NCBI GenBank assembly: GCA_043228905.1
Contig: JBHGNT010000018.1
Location: forward strand, 9,424,001-9,488,000
Direction: 5' to 3'
Length of the DNA: 64,000 nt
Origin: Azolla caroliniana
Lineage: Eukaryota > Plantae > Polypodiophyta
Shown piece by piece: positions 35,116 to 47,915 of this stretch. Made by a program: the position numbers and the translations under genes. How positions within the stretch are numbered: the first letter of the stretch is position 1; each line of letters begins with the position of its first letter. Under the pieces are notes generated by a model, which was not told the origin of the DNA, did no database searches, and saw only the letters and a list, made by a program, of their open reading frames with translations.

Positions 35116-38100
35116 TGTTGAGCGGCAAGCTCAACTGGAGCCGGATCGGCTGAATAAGTCTGAGCCGGCAAGCGAGACGGATCGGTAAGCCAACAAGCAA
35201 CATAGCCGGTGAGCTGGGGAGCCGGTTAGCTGGATCCAATCAGTAACCAGAAGCCTAGTATTAGTTTAGACTACTAGGCAATTATAGTCTCATAGTAAGT
35301 GTCAAAAGCTCGTGTGAGCATTGAAGTACGCGGTACTTCTGTTAGTCCCATGAGGACTTGTATAAATAGTGCTACTGAGCACAGTTGTAAAATACAGAGT
35401 GATTATATCGTTTTGAATATAACTCTTACATTCTGCTCTCTCTGTCTATCCCATGTACTCCTTGTATTCCCTACTTCCTCTATTTTCTAACGCTTCCACA
35501 AGTAATCATTTACATGGTACCAGAGCGCGAGGGTTGAGAACCTCTGCAACCGACAAACGCTTGAAAGCAAACCCTAACAGGTCGTAAGAACAGCAGAAAA
35601 GAAGTGATGGATAGAGGGATGGCTAGCTTGCTCCCTGTGGAGAAACTCGACAGATCCAACTATGCATCTTGGTCGTATAAGATGCACCAGTACCTGCTTG
35701 GACATGGCTACTGGAGTTTTGTCGAAGGAGCCAATGAAACAACACTTGATGCGGCACATAAGGATTTCCCAGTGTGGGACAATCGGCAAGCAGAGTGATG
35801 TACTGCTTTGCGTCCAGTGTTAGAGACCAGTTGCTGAGCCACATCCGAGATGCCAAGGCGCCGAAGGAGGCTTGGGGAAACCAGAAGAAGGTTTTCGCCG
35901 CGAGCACTACAGCCCGGAAGCTGCAACTCCGACAGGACTTGAGCAATGTCCGATAGAAGGACATGTCGGTGGTGGATTACACGGCCCGGATCAAAGAGAT
36001 CTGCGACTCGCTTGCCTCCATCAACGTTACCGTAGAGGAAGACGAGATGGTACAGGTCTATCTTGGGGTCTGGCATCTAAGTTCAGAGCGTTCCGAACGG
36101 CGGTGTGTACAAGGGAGAATACGCCGTCATTTTTCGACGTACAGTTGATGCTCCTTGTAGAGGAGAACCACGCCAGTGCGTCAACTAGCGCACCCACTGA
36201 CAGCCGGATGTTGTACACAAGGGCGGATCGATCCCGTGGGCGTGGTGGAAGAGGCGGGTCGGCACGCAATGTAGGCGGCCGTCAAGAGCAAGAACGAAGG
36301 CACAGAGAATGTGCTGACAGTAGTTCCGGGACTTCCACAGGCAAGGGGAGTCAAGGCGGTGCCGGAGGCCGGCAAGACAAATCTGCAACGGAATGTTGGT
36401 ACTGTGGCAAAAAGGGCCACAGAGAAAGCGAGTGCTAGAGAAAACGAGCCGATTCGGACAAATCCAGATCTGGCAAGGCCGGCAAGCATGGCCGGCAAAG
36501 CTCGCACTACGAGAAGGGATCGGGAGGATCCAAGAACGGTAACGGGCCTTGGTGATGAAGCACGAGGCGAACTCGATGAAGAAGACCACTTCCAAATCGG
36601 AGGAAGTGTGGTATGTTGATTTTGGTGCGTCGAACCACATGACGAGCCACAAAGAGTGGTTCTCCTTTTTGGAGAAACCGGATCAACCAGGAGTAGTCGA
36701 AACCGGAGACGACACTCCTCACCCAATCGTGCACGTCGGAGAAGTCCCTTTGAGCCACGTCAGACAGAAGGGGAAGCTGATGAACGTATTACACATTCCG
36801 ACAATCACGAAGAACCTGGTGTCGGTCGGACAAATTGTCGACCAAGGTATGTAGGTGCGGTTTACGCACCTCGGGTGCTTCATCGAGGAAGAGGGCCAAA
36901 TTATTGCGCAAGGGCACAGAGACGGGAGGATGTTTATACTCGACACCAATGACGTCGGCACCGCTCTGTTTGCAAAAGGACAGAAGGTCGAATCAGACAT
37001 CAACTTGTGGCACAAGCAGATACGCCACGTCAATTACCGGAGGCTTCAAGACCTGCATATGAAACAAGTTGTTTTCAGTTTGCCGAAGTTCAGCAGCCGG
37101 AAGGCCCAAGTATGTGAAGCCTGCCAACTCGGGAAGCAACACCGGCTTCCATTCCCTACTGAACGTAACCGGAGCCGAAACAAGCTCGACCTAATCCGTT
37201 TGGATGTGTGGGGACCGGCACAAAATGTTAGTCTTGGCGGGAGTCGATATTTCATCTCCTTCATCGACGACTATACGCGGCACACATGGATCTACCTCAT
37301 TGAGCGGAAGAGTGAATTCTTCGAGTGTTTCCGGAGTCTCCAAAGCATGGTGGAACGAGAATCGGAGAGGAAGATCAAATGCATGCAGTCGGATGGCGGG
37401 AAAGAATACTTTTCCGGCCAATTCAACAGTTATCTACAGCAAACACAAATTCGGCGAAAGTTCAGTTGTAGATACACACCGCAACAGAACGGTGTTGCCG
37501 AGAGGAAGAACCAATTGCTTATTGATGCGGCAAGGGCAATGCTGGAGGAGAAGAGCATGCCCAAATTCTACTGGGCGGAGGCAATCCGAACGGTTGTCTA
37601 CATCCAGAACCAAATCGGTGACAAGGTGTCAGCTCACGAGTTGTATTTCGGGCACAAGCCGAATTTGAGACACCTTAAGATCTTCAGTACCATTGCATAT
37701 GTGCATGTACCGGAAGAGAAGCGGAGGAAGTTGGATGCAAAATCGGAAAAATGCATCCTAATCGGCTACGCTCAAGAGCAAAAGGGTTATAAGTGTTATA
37801 ACCCCTGGACAAAGCAGGTCTGAGTTAGTCGAGATTTCGAGTTCGATGAATCGGCATCATGGTATTCCTTACCGACTCCGACTTCCGATTCCGACCCGAT
37901 GCCGGTGGATGAGGCTAGTGAGCCTGAACCGGCCCAGGTAAAGGATGATGAAGCGTGGACTTAGGATGAGAGTCCGGAATCGTTCCGGTTGAGCGGGCCA
38001 AACGAGAGACTGAGTCAATCTGACCAGTCCGATGAGGAACCGACAAGTAGTGGAGACTCTGTCGTGCACTCCCCACACAAGGAACCGAGGCAACGGTTCA

Positions 38101-40687
38101 CGCGCAAGGAGAAGGGGAAGAAGAAGATGCCGGAATTCAAAACCGGCAACGATGAGTCGGATCAATGTGCATCCGACTCCGGCAAGGAGAAAGGCGGACC
38201 TTTAGCAACAAAGACCAAACTGGCCAAGGGCCTCAAACCGGGTAATAGTGAGTTACGTCGGTCCACCCGCCAGAAGGATCCCATCAAGTGGAACGAGTAC
38301 AATGAGTACATGGCGCATCACTATGCGTACATGACTAAGGTGGCGAAAGTGCGTGAGCCGGAGAGCTACACAGAAGCGGCCAAGGACGCAAATTGGCGTG
38401 TCACTATGGAGGAAGAAATGCGGGCACTTGATGTCAACAAGACATGGGACCTGGTTGACCCTCCTCGTCACTGTAAACCGATCGGATACAAGTGGGTGTA
38501 CAAAGTAAAGTACAATGCTGATGGTTCAGTTAACCGGTACAAGGCCCGGTTAGTGGCGAAGGGATATGCGCAGACCCATGGAATCAACTACGACGAGACC
38601 TTCGCTCCTGTAGCGAAGATGACGACGGTTCGTGTGGTGTTGGCGGTTGCTGCGGCAAGGGGGTGGCATCTTCTTCAGATGGATGTGAAGAATGCATTTC
38701 TTCAAGGTAATCTTGAAGAAGAATTCTTTTTGACTCAGCCTCCCAGTTTTCAATTGGAGATGAACAAGTCGGCGGTATGCCGACTGAAGAAGTCGTTGTA
38801 CGGCCTAAAGCAAGCCCCTCAAGCTTGGAATGCGAAGATCACGCACCGGCTGTGTAAGATGGGGTTTGTGGCCTCCAAATCGGACTCTTCATTGTTCATC
38901 CGGCAAGGCCCAGCCGGTCCGGTATGTATACTGTTGTATGTTGATGATCTAGTCATCACCGGACCAGGAGTTCCAGAAATCAACCGCGTCAAGTCTCAGT
39001 TGTCGGGCGCATTTGAGATGAAGGATCTGGGGGACCTTCATTATTTTCTTAGGATTGAGGTGATCCGAACCCCCGATGGCATATTACTCTCACAACAACA
39101 TTATGTCTTGAATATGTTGTACAAGTTCGGCATGACAGAATGCCGACCTGTATCCACACCCTTGGACCGGAACAAGAAGCTCTGTCCCAACACCGGACCA
39201 GCCTGCAACAAGAAACGGTTCCGACAAATTGTTGGAAGCCTTATTTACCTTACCATCACCCGACCTGACATCAGCTATCCGGTCGGAATGATAAGTCAGT
39301 TCATGCAGATGCCAACCGTGGAGCACCTTCAGTGCGCGTAGCGGATGCTGCGATATGTAAGCGGCACAAAGGATCGGGGACTGTTATACCGGCGAGGTAT
39401 AACCGAAGATCTGGTCAGTTACACAGATGCCGACTGGGCCGGCGATGCATCAGATCGCCGATCAACCTCCGATTACATGTTTTCCCTAGGTAGCGCGGTT
39501 GATGCGTGGAGCAGCAAAAAGCAGCCAACAGTTGCTCTGTCGAGCATGCTCACACAAAACACATAGAAGTGCACTATCACTTCGTGCATGAGCGTGTCCT
39601 AAGCGGTGAGGTTGAACTTCAGTATGTTCACACAGATCGGCAAGTTGCCGACATCTTCACCAAACCACTTGGATCGGACAACTTGCAGCACTTCACCGAA
39701 ATGCTTGGTCTTCAGCATCTCGACGTGCCACACTTGAGGGGAAGAACGAGCAAAGACACCGGAACGGGCAAAGGCAAAGAGACTATCGATTGCACCGGTG
39801 AGGGAAGAACAGAAGGCGGCAGAGTCAAGAAGGACAGAGCCGAACGAAGGAAGAAGGCCAAGACCTAGACATGGTCTGATGTGGTGAAGGGCTTGGAACC
39901 AGAAGACGAATCGGGAGCAACCGATTCGGACAAGAGTTGGAACGAATCGGAGACAGTTGATTCGGTTCAAAAGACAGATTCGGAAGAATCGGATCAATTC
40001 AAGGCCAAGCAGACACGGATGCAGCGGAAGTCGATGCCATCACGGAGGAACCGACGGATCGATAAGCGCCAGAGTCATAGCAGTGAAGGAGCTGAGAGGG
40101 GCCTATGGAGCAGACATACCGACCGAGAAGGTCGAGACGCGTAGAACAAGAGGGGTCACGGCAAACAGAACCGGACCGGACGAGGAGCGCGAGCAAGGCG
40201 GAGCGACGCCTAGAGAAGACGGTTGGAAGAACCGACTGCCACAGAGGCTGACACTAGGATCCAACCTCAAGTTGAGCTTGAGGGGGAGTGTTGAGTGGCA
40301 AGCTCAACCGGAGCCAGATCGGCTGAATAAGCCTGAGCCGACAAGCGAGACGGATCAGTAAGCCGGCAAGCAACATAGCCGGTGAGCTGGGGAGCCGGTT
40401 AGCCGGATCCAATCGGTAACCAGAAGCCTAGTATTAGTTTAGACTACTAGGCAATTATAGTCTCGTAGTAAGTGTCAAAAGCTCGTGTGAGCATTGAAGT
40501 ACGCGGTACTTTTGTTAGTCCCATGAGGACTTGTATAAATAGTGCTACTGAACACAGTTGTAAAATACAGAGTGATTATATCATTTTGAATATAACTCTT
40601 ACGTTCTGCTCTCTTTGTCTCTCCCGTGTACTCCTTGTATTCCCTACTTCCTCTATTTTCTAACGCTTCCGCAAGTAATCATTTACA
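35116..40687 (+). mobile_element. LTR element G: Ty1/Copia, decayed
   Basis: 399-bp LTRs at 35116-35514 and 40289-40687. TSD TATCA/TATCC. PBS TGGTACCAGAGC (Met-i, one mismatch); PPT gagggggag. Gag (CWYCGKKGHRESEC), protease (WYVDFGASNHM), integrase, RT (LYVDDLV), and an RNase H with an internal deletion at ~39546. Confidence 0.95.
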
Positions 40688-40985
40688 TATCCTATGGTCC
40701 ACCTAGTATTTGGAGAGTTGAGGAAGATATAATAATTGTTGTAACCTCTTTCTTTGTGTTGACAAGGAGAAAGATGGTGGTGGATATTGTCAATGTGTGT
40801 GTGTAGGTGTCTAGGAGTGTGAGGTTTTTCCTACCGAATAGCGGGGGTTTTACTCACATAGTTTGTTTCTTTTTTTCTCTCCTTCTTTGTCTATAGCCTA
40901 CCATAAGGTGAAGGAGTTTTTTTTATTCTTTTTATCTTCGGCTCACCATAAATGGTTCGCTCAAGAACCAAGGGGGAGGGCTAAA

Positions 40986-41623
40986 TGTGAAAGTGTTTTT
41001 AGAATTCAAGGTATTGAAGTCTACAAGAATATAAGGTATGGTGCGTTCACATCCAGAGGGCAAGATCACGAGCTAAGGTCTTAAGGATAAGTCAAACTAA
41101 AAGCAAGAAAGATGGAGAAAACTAAAAGAAGAAAAAAGCGGGCACCAAAACGCAGTCTGCAACGAACGCTCATAACTCATTCGATTGGAAGCCAAATATA
41201 ATGTGCAAATATGGGTTGGAAAACTTGTGAAGAGAGCTATACATAGCTTTTTAAAGCTCTAAATTTAGAGCTTCGACAAGGGAGATATGACGATTTGAAG
41301 ATTGTTGTGTCATAGATAAGAATAGGACTCCATGAAAAACTCTAAAAAAAGCATAAAAAAGAACGCAAGGGAAGCATATTTAGTGGAAGAGAACTTTATA
41401 TAAAGGAAGAAAAGTAAGGTGGTGGGAGAGAGTCTCTTTCTTGTAGAGTTCTCTTGCCTATTCATGTAGTGTGGTTGAGTAGTTATCAATTTATCCTTGT
41501 AGGTTTGGGTTTATGTATCTTCTTTCTCTCTTGTTTATATAATAATCATTCATTATCAATAGATCTTTGTGGTTTTGGGTCTATTTATCTTCCTTATCTC
41601 TTCTTTCTATCATCACTCTATCA
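40986..41623 (+). repeat. 3' LTR of element A
   Basis: Direct repeat of 8798-9434, followed by TSD GATCT. Confidence 0.93.
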
Positions 41624-41655
41624 GATCTCATTCAACTTAAGTAGCAAGTCGCAAT

Positions 41656-42106
41656 TAACAATCAGCAACGGTTCGATTCGGTTCGGTTCGAGACTCGAAT
41701 ATTTTGAAACCTAAACCAAACCAAACCAAACTACGAAACCGTTAAACCGAACCATTAAACATTCTTCAAACCGTTAAACCATAAAAACCACGGTTTCGTG
41801 GTTCTGTTTCAGTTTTCAACATAGGTCTAATTTTTAATTTTTAATTTTTAATTTTTAATTTTTAATTTTTAATTTTTAATTTTTTAAAATTTATAATATT
41901 TCATTATTAAAAAATTTTAAAATTTTTAAGATGTTCCTAAAATGTGAGAATAAGGTGTAAAAATAAAAAGATTGTTAAAAAATAACTTTTAAAATTTTCT
42001 AAAATTTATTTTTTTTAATTAAAAAAATTTAAAAATAAAAACCGTTAAACCATTTAAACAACGATTTTTTACTGTTGAAACCGAACCGAACCGTTGCCGA
42101 TTGTTA
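41656..42106. mobile_element. hAT-type MITE 1 (451 bp)
   Basis: TIRs TAACAATCAGCAACGGTTCG / CGAACCGTTGCCGATTGTTA. 8-bp TSD GTCGCAAT/GTCGCAAC. Subterminal AACCG/GGTTC repeats and an internal (TTTTTAA)n tract. Confidence 0.88.
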
Positions 42107-42114
42107 GTCGCAAC

Positions 42115-42592
42115 GAAAACATGCCATGATTGTTTGACGCAAGAAAGGACGAAAAATGGGTTGTACATGGAGATGATAAAGTCATTATTACATACATGAG
42201 AGCCACATAACGATTACAAATGATTATATGCACTTGAAATGGTTCTCTAAGGATAGACGATGGGTACTTTGAAGAAACCTTCAAGAACACATATTGTTAT
42301 GTACATAGAGACACATCAATGCATTGCTAGTAAACTCACTGATGCACAAGGATTTAGATGGGAGTCAATGTGTCATTCCATGATAGAACACATGTTATAC
42401 ACAAAGAGGATGTAGATGCAGGGTATATGTGGTTACAAATCAAAAGAGGGGATCTTAAAGAGTTAAATCTTGCAAATTGTTACTTTCCACTTGCCTACTC
42501 AAGGTTCGCACCTCTAGGAGAATCACCATACCTACAATTATATAATGATATCATAAGATTTGCTAGTATGGGCAGCATATGTATGGGATAGG
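42115..42592 (+). mobile_element. LINE relic, right part: ORF1 end and AP-endonuclease fragment
   Basis: GYMWLQIK...LANCYFPLAYSRF...SPYLQLYNDIIRFASMGSICMG resembles LINE endonuclease strands up to the (I)xxGDFN motif, where it is truncated. Confidence 0.6.
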
Positions 42593-42611
42593 ATAATATT
42601 CACATAACAAG

Positions 42612-43112
42612 TCGCGATGGGCAAGGTTCGGTTTCGGTTCAGTTTGGTTTGGTTTCAAGGCAAAGAAACTGAACCGAACCATTTATGAACTCTAAAGTAT
42701 TTAAACCAAACCATTTATGAAAAAGTAAACAGACCATTTAAACCCAAACCGTTTAGGGAAAAGTTCAAACCAAGCTGAACCATTTAATAAAAAATTTAAA
42801 CCTAACCATTTAAGTCAAACTAATTAAAAATTTAAATAAACAAAAATACATTAAATTAAATAAGCATTTAAGTTAAATTAATTAAATCAATCAAAAACCA
42901 TTAATTAAACCATTCAATTAATAAACTATTAAGGTAAAAAAAAAAAACGTTAACCTAAAACCTATAAACCTTTAAACCCGAGATTTAAAACCGAAACCGA
43001 ACCGTTTATAAAAAATTCAAACCAAACCATTAAATTTTTTTGGAACCAATAAACCGTTAAACCATTACCTAACAGTTCGGTTTGGTTTGATCCAAAACCG
43101 TGCCCATTGCTA
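42612..43112. mobile_element. hAT-type MITE 2 (501 bp)
   Basis: TIRs TCGCGATGGGCAAGGTT / AACCGTGCCCATTGCTA. Perfect 8-bp TSD ATAACAAG at 42604-42611 and 43113-43120. AACC(G/A)-rich subterminal repeats. Confidence 0.9.
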
Positions 43113-43580
43113 ATAACAAGATAAACAAAACAAAATATACAATAAAAAACAGAAGAAAGGCTAATTGTATACGATGCCTATGGTCAGATCTTATTTGAGA
43201 ACAAGGTAAAACAAACAAAGTATGCAAGAAAGAAACATAAAGAGAGACTAAATGTCTATGATAGGAATTATCTCATCAACAAGGTAAACAAATATGCAAC
43301 TTTTCTAAAACAGAAAGAAAGACTAGAGGTGTATGTGTAGGATAATATTCACATAACAAGATAAACAAAACAAAATATACAATAGAAAACAGACGAAAGG
43401 CTAAATGTATACATTGACTATGGTCAGATCTTATTTGAGAACAAGGTAAACCAACAAAGTATGCAAGAAAGAAACATAAAGAGAGACTAAATGTCTATGT
43501 ATATGAATCATCTCATCAACGAGGTAAACAAATATGCAAATTTTCAGAAACAGAAAGAAAGACTAGAGGTGTATCTGTAT
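43113..43580. repeat. ~240-bp tandem duplication (intronic in the BTB pseudogene)
   Basis: ataacaagataaacaaaacaaaatatacaat...gactagaggtgtat occurs twice, from 43113 and from 43353. MITE 2 inserted at the start of the first copy. Confidence 0.85.
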
Positions 43581-43681
43581 GATCAGATCAATTCAGAACC
43601 AGGTAATCCGACCAAAGCACGCAACACAAAATAGAAAGAAAGACTAAAGGTAAATAAACAAAGTATGTCCTCAGATCTTTT

Positions 43682-43803
43682 TCGAAGCTAAGGGTAGTGT
43701 CGGAGAAGAGATGGCCTTGGAAGCCTTGCTTCTGTATGTGGTTGCATAGGGAAACGACGGCGTCAGGCTTGGGGGCTACTGGGGGAGGCGACGGGGCGTC
43801 CAT
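43682..43803 (-). pseudogene. First exon (truncated) of the BTB/POZ-like pseudogene
   Basis: MDAPSPPPVAPKPDAVVSLCNHIQKQGFQGHLFSDTTLSFE resembles the recalled BTB N-terminus SLCDHIQ.EGF..G.FSD(I/V)VV. It then runs directly into intron-repeat-like sequence with no clear donor site. Confidence 0.55.
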
Positions 43804-43874
43804 GGAAGCTTCTTTGCCTAAGTATGGTTACTGCGTATCATGTATCTCTGTCTGTCTGTGTTTTCTGGCGATGG

Positions 43875-43948
43875 CAGCAGGCCTGGCCTGTTCACATGAC
43901 ACCCGGCCAGCAGGCCTGGCCTGTTCACATGACACCCGGCCAGCAGGC
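43875..43948. repeat. Perfect 33-bp tandem duplication upstream of the BTB pseudogene ATG
   Basis: cagcaggcctggcctgttcacatgacacccggc occurs twice, followed by cagcaggc. Confidence 0.9.
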
Positions 43949-45669
43949 GAAGGAAGAGGAGATGAGGAGGCCATGTCTATTTCCTTCATTTTCAAAGACG
44001 AGAAAACACTCAGTATGTAATCTCTTATTTGGTCTTATAGGCCATTTTGGCCTCTTAAAAGACTGTTAATATATATCTTTCTTTGTTTCTTCTTCTTCTT
44101 CTACTTCTTTGTGGGTATCCCTTACTTTGATATTCTGTTAATCCTTAAATTTTATTTAAGTTAATTTCCCCTGCCAATTAATTAATGGCCATTTTTGGAA
44201 GGAATTATCGTGTTACATAATATTGTTCTATAATTGTGTGGATGGTTAACATCTAAATGAGTGATTGAATGTCATCAATCCACTAACACCTTTGTGGTTG
44301 ATGTGTTACGGATACATATGTGGAATTTGCATAATGGGCATGAAATGTTGAAAATCTTTCTAGTGTGGTAAAAGATTAGGACACGAAATCATCGCTTGTT
44401 TAGCATGATTTACAATGTGTGTATCCTAAACCCTAAACTCGCAGCTTTGATGTTTTATGTATGGGTTCAGATGACTCTATATAAAAATTAAACCAAATAC
44501 GTGTTACATGCATGTAAGCTAATGTTGCGTGCAAGGTGGATGTTAGAACTACCCAAATTCACAAACAATGTTAATAGTGCACAAAAATTTCTAGAACTTT
44601 ATTACATTAACAATTCCAACATTAGGACCTTTGTATTTGGACGAGAGACTTGGTGAGCTTAGGCTAGTCAATCTTGTGATACTTGGGGCACATGCTCACA
44701 ATCACTAGTGAATTGTTTACTTTCTTAAATCTTCCATGTGGTTCACTTTATTCATGTGATTGACCAAAGAGAACAACTGAGCATGGCAAAACTTAGAGCT
44801 TGCATGCATACAAAACAAGCAATATCATAAATTTGGCAATAGGTGCAAATGATCATTTGATCAAATACAAATATGCAATGAACTCAAAATAAAATATGTT
44901 AATATCTTATATTGGGAGTTTTTTGAGACAATGGTGGTCACAACATATGTCCATTAGTTTGGAAGGCATGCCCACCTATTCAATATCTCATTAACAAGAT
45001 CGAGACTTTTATACATCGAGGGGGAAATGTATACCCGTGTGATCACATGGATGATTGAAGGATTTAGGTTCCATGTATATTGCATTCAAGAAGTTGGCTT
45101 ATGTTGCATGCAAAAAATAATGGTAGATTACTAAAGTAAGCTTAGTGGTTGAGGGTTGAAATGTGGTGAACACTATCACTTTGGGTGATCACAAATTACA
45201 AACATGAAAAACTAGTAAATCCTAGAAGGGCAAGGAGGATACGCTATTGACACGCTTTCTAATGGTTTACGATCGGGAGATGAAACTCGCCTACTTTCCT
45301 ATTAACCATACAACTTAATAAAGAACATTCATGCAAGAGTGTATATTGGCAATCTTGAATATTTGTGTGTAAACTGTTTCTACATTCTCAACGCTTTCAC
45401 ATTGTATGTGCGGTTGGGGGGTTCTAACTCCCTCTTAAACCCAAAACATAGAGTTGTTGATACATAGACACCCCACCAGATAAATAGAAGGACAAATCTT
45501 GTGATTTGATGTGGATACTTTGAAGGAAGAAAAGTGAGAAGATGCCGATATTAAAATAAGCAGTGTTCACCTTGGAGTTGGAGTAGATGAATTGATTTTA
45601 TTGCAGAAGCTGTGACTGAAGTTGTGTGTGTATGTATTCTCATTGTCAATGACATGTGCTGAAATCCGA

Positions 45670-45700
<31 letters not shown>

Positions 45701-45927
45701 CAACCTCGACATCATCATGCGATTGATCGATCAGGAGTGCGATGCAACTCCTTTAAGTGTGGTTTGTTGTGTGACATGTATGTATGTATGAATGTAATGA
45801 TGTATGTATACATAACATATTAGATGCCGCAGTACCAAGAAGGAGATGAAGAGGGTCTTGACTTGATGGAACAATATGCACATGACCATTATAATACATA
45901 CATACATACATACATACATACATACAT
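45670..45927. repeat. (CA)n and (TACA)n microsatellites upstream of SPS
   Basis: CA run at 45670-45698 and TACA run at ~45894-45927. Confidence 0.85.
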
Positions 45928-46154
45928 AGCATGAAGGCAGTAGCTAGCTATCTACATATGTGTATGTATATGTTCTCTCACTCGTAGTCGTCATGCCACA
46001 AAAGCGTTTCACCCAAATGTCCTCCTCAAAGCAAACAAACAAACAAACAGGATGATGGAAGATAATCTAAAATCCATAAGGTCCACAGAAGCACGAGGCC
46101 CTTTCCCTCTCTCTCCATCCCACTTTTGTCAATGACCTTTCCAAGGCGTCAGCT

Positions 46155-47915
46155 ATGGAGCATACCTTCTTCAGAGCAATTCCAACCTTCAGGACCTCTA
46201 ATCAAAGTTGGTTCCACTATCATATAATTCCCAAGAAAAGCACCCTGACAACACTATACAAAGCAGAATGTCAAGCTATGACAGATCCCTTCGCTCCATC
46301 CAAAGTGCAAGCAAAGAACCGATCAAAATGCCCAAGTAAGGCTTAGTTTCATCTCATTCCATGATGGGCTTTTCTTCGTCTTCTCATCTTTTTGTTTCAT
46401 TGCTTTCAGGAGAGAACAGGGCATTTGCATTTCCTCTGTCTCCTCAGTCGGGGTCTTCACCTCCCCTGCTTCAACCAGTCCAAGAAGACCTAATAAAGCT
46501 CAATGAGAACCTAAGAAAGGTATGGTGTTTAAATCATATTTCTTTCTTGTTCTCATGATTCTGTTGTTACTGCTGTGATATTTTTTATTTTTTAGACTTT
46601 CAAAAGAAGAATCATTTTCTTCAGCTCATCAGTGCAGAAAATCCAAATCTCATGGCGGCAGCTGATCAGATCTTTGGTGCATCGGGTAAAAAGATTCGAC
46701 CTGCCCTTGTATTTCTTGTTTCTCGGGCCACTGCCGAGCTCTCCGGATTAGGGTAAGAAGACTCTGTCTCTAATATATTCTCACACAGCCCATGGCTTTT
46801 TCAGATCTCAACCTAAAAACATGAACAGTTTATTTTTGCAATGAATACAACTTTAAATCCCATCAATCAAGATTGAACACATGTAACATTCAGCTTAGAA
46901 ACCATGGGCTTTTGCCACTAAATCAATATGTTCATACCTATATATTTTAAAAATTTGATCACATATATTTCTGAATTGATTGGAATGAGTATTCGTCTCA
47001 TGATGTCAAAAGGCAATGCGTCAACATTGTGTTTTACTATGTAAAGCCTTGTTTGGTGCAACCATGGAAGTTTTTGTCTTCATGGGAGATGCCATTCGAT
47101 GAGTAAAAAATTGAATGCTCTTTAGAAAAACATTTACGATAAGTGTCTCCAATTTATACATCTTTATGCTTTAATTGATGCTATCATAAAAAACTCTCTT
47201 CATGAGATGTTTCATTTCGCGAGAGAAATGGGGCCTCAAAAGATTAAATTTTCTAGCAAAATGTTTAGGGATAAATTGATGTCTCCAATCACAAATTTTG
47301 ATGGTTCATTTGATGCAATCATGGAAATTTTCTCATGTGGGAGATTTTCATTGCATGAGCCAAATGAGGCTTCAAAAGATGAATCTTCCTAGTAAACGGA
47401 GCTAAAGCAAATATGTGGAAAAGTCAAGTTGATTTTTCTCAGTAAATATGTACTAAGTTGGTATCTGGCTGGATGACTCCTGAGTATGATTATAATTTCT
47501 GGGGAAATGTGAGCCAAGGCTATATCTTTGCTGTTACAGGGATATCACACCTCGACATCGTCAACTAGCTGAGATTATTGAAATGATTCATACAGCAAGT
47601 TTGATTCATGATGATGTGCTTGATGAAAGTGATACGCGCCGGGGTAAGTCTCTTATAAAGATATTGATCTAATCCAAGCATAGGCTAAAATTGTGAAGCA
47701 AGAAAGTATAAGTTATGTGCGAAAGATCAATGTAAGTTCATTGTATTTATAGGTCCATTAAATTTGTTTTAATTAGAATAATGTATATATAGTGATATAA
47801 TGCTAAAGCTCATGCATTCATTATAACCTTAGGTTCATGGATTCAAATCTAAAGCAATGGTTCTAATACTGTATCCATTTATATTTTGATTTTGGCCTCT
47901 TAAAAGACGTTAATA

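Larger units (their letters stand above)
8798..41623 (+). mobile_element. LTR element A: non-autonomous Gypsy-type retrotransposon (~3.3 kb without nested inserts)
   Basis: LTRs at 8798-9434 and 40986-41623 (TG...CA). TSD GATCT at 8793-8797 and 41624-41628. PBS-like TGGCGCTCCAGGGAGGG at 9439; PPT aagggggaggg at ~40970. Gag-like ORF pieces at 9532-10460 and collapsed RT remnants at 34452-35110. Confidence 0.92.

Noticed and set aside
44200-45600. Possible decayed transposase between the BTB pseudogene and SPS
   Set aside because: There is no ORF or motif I could support.
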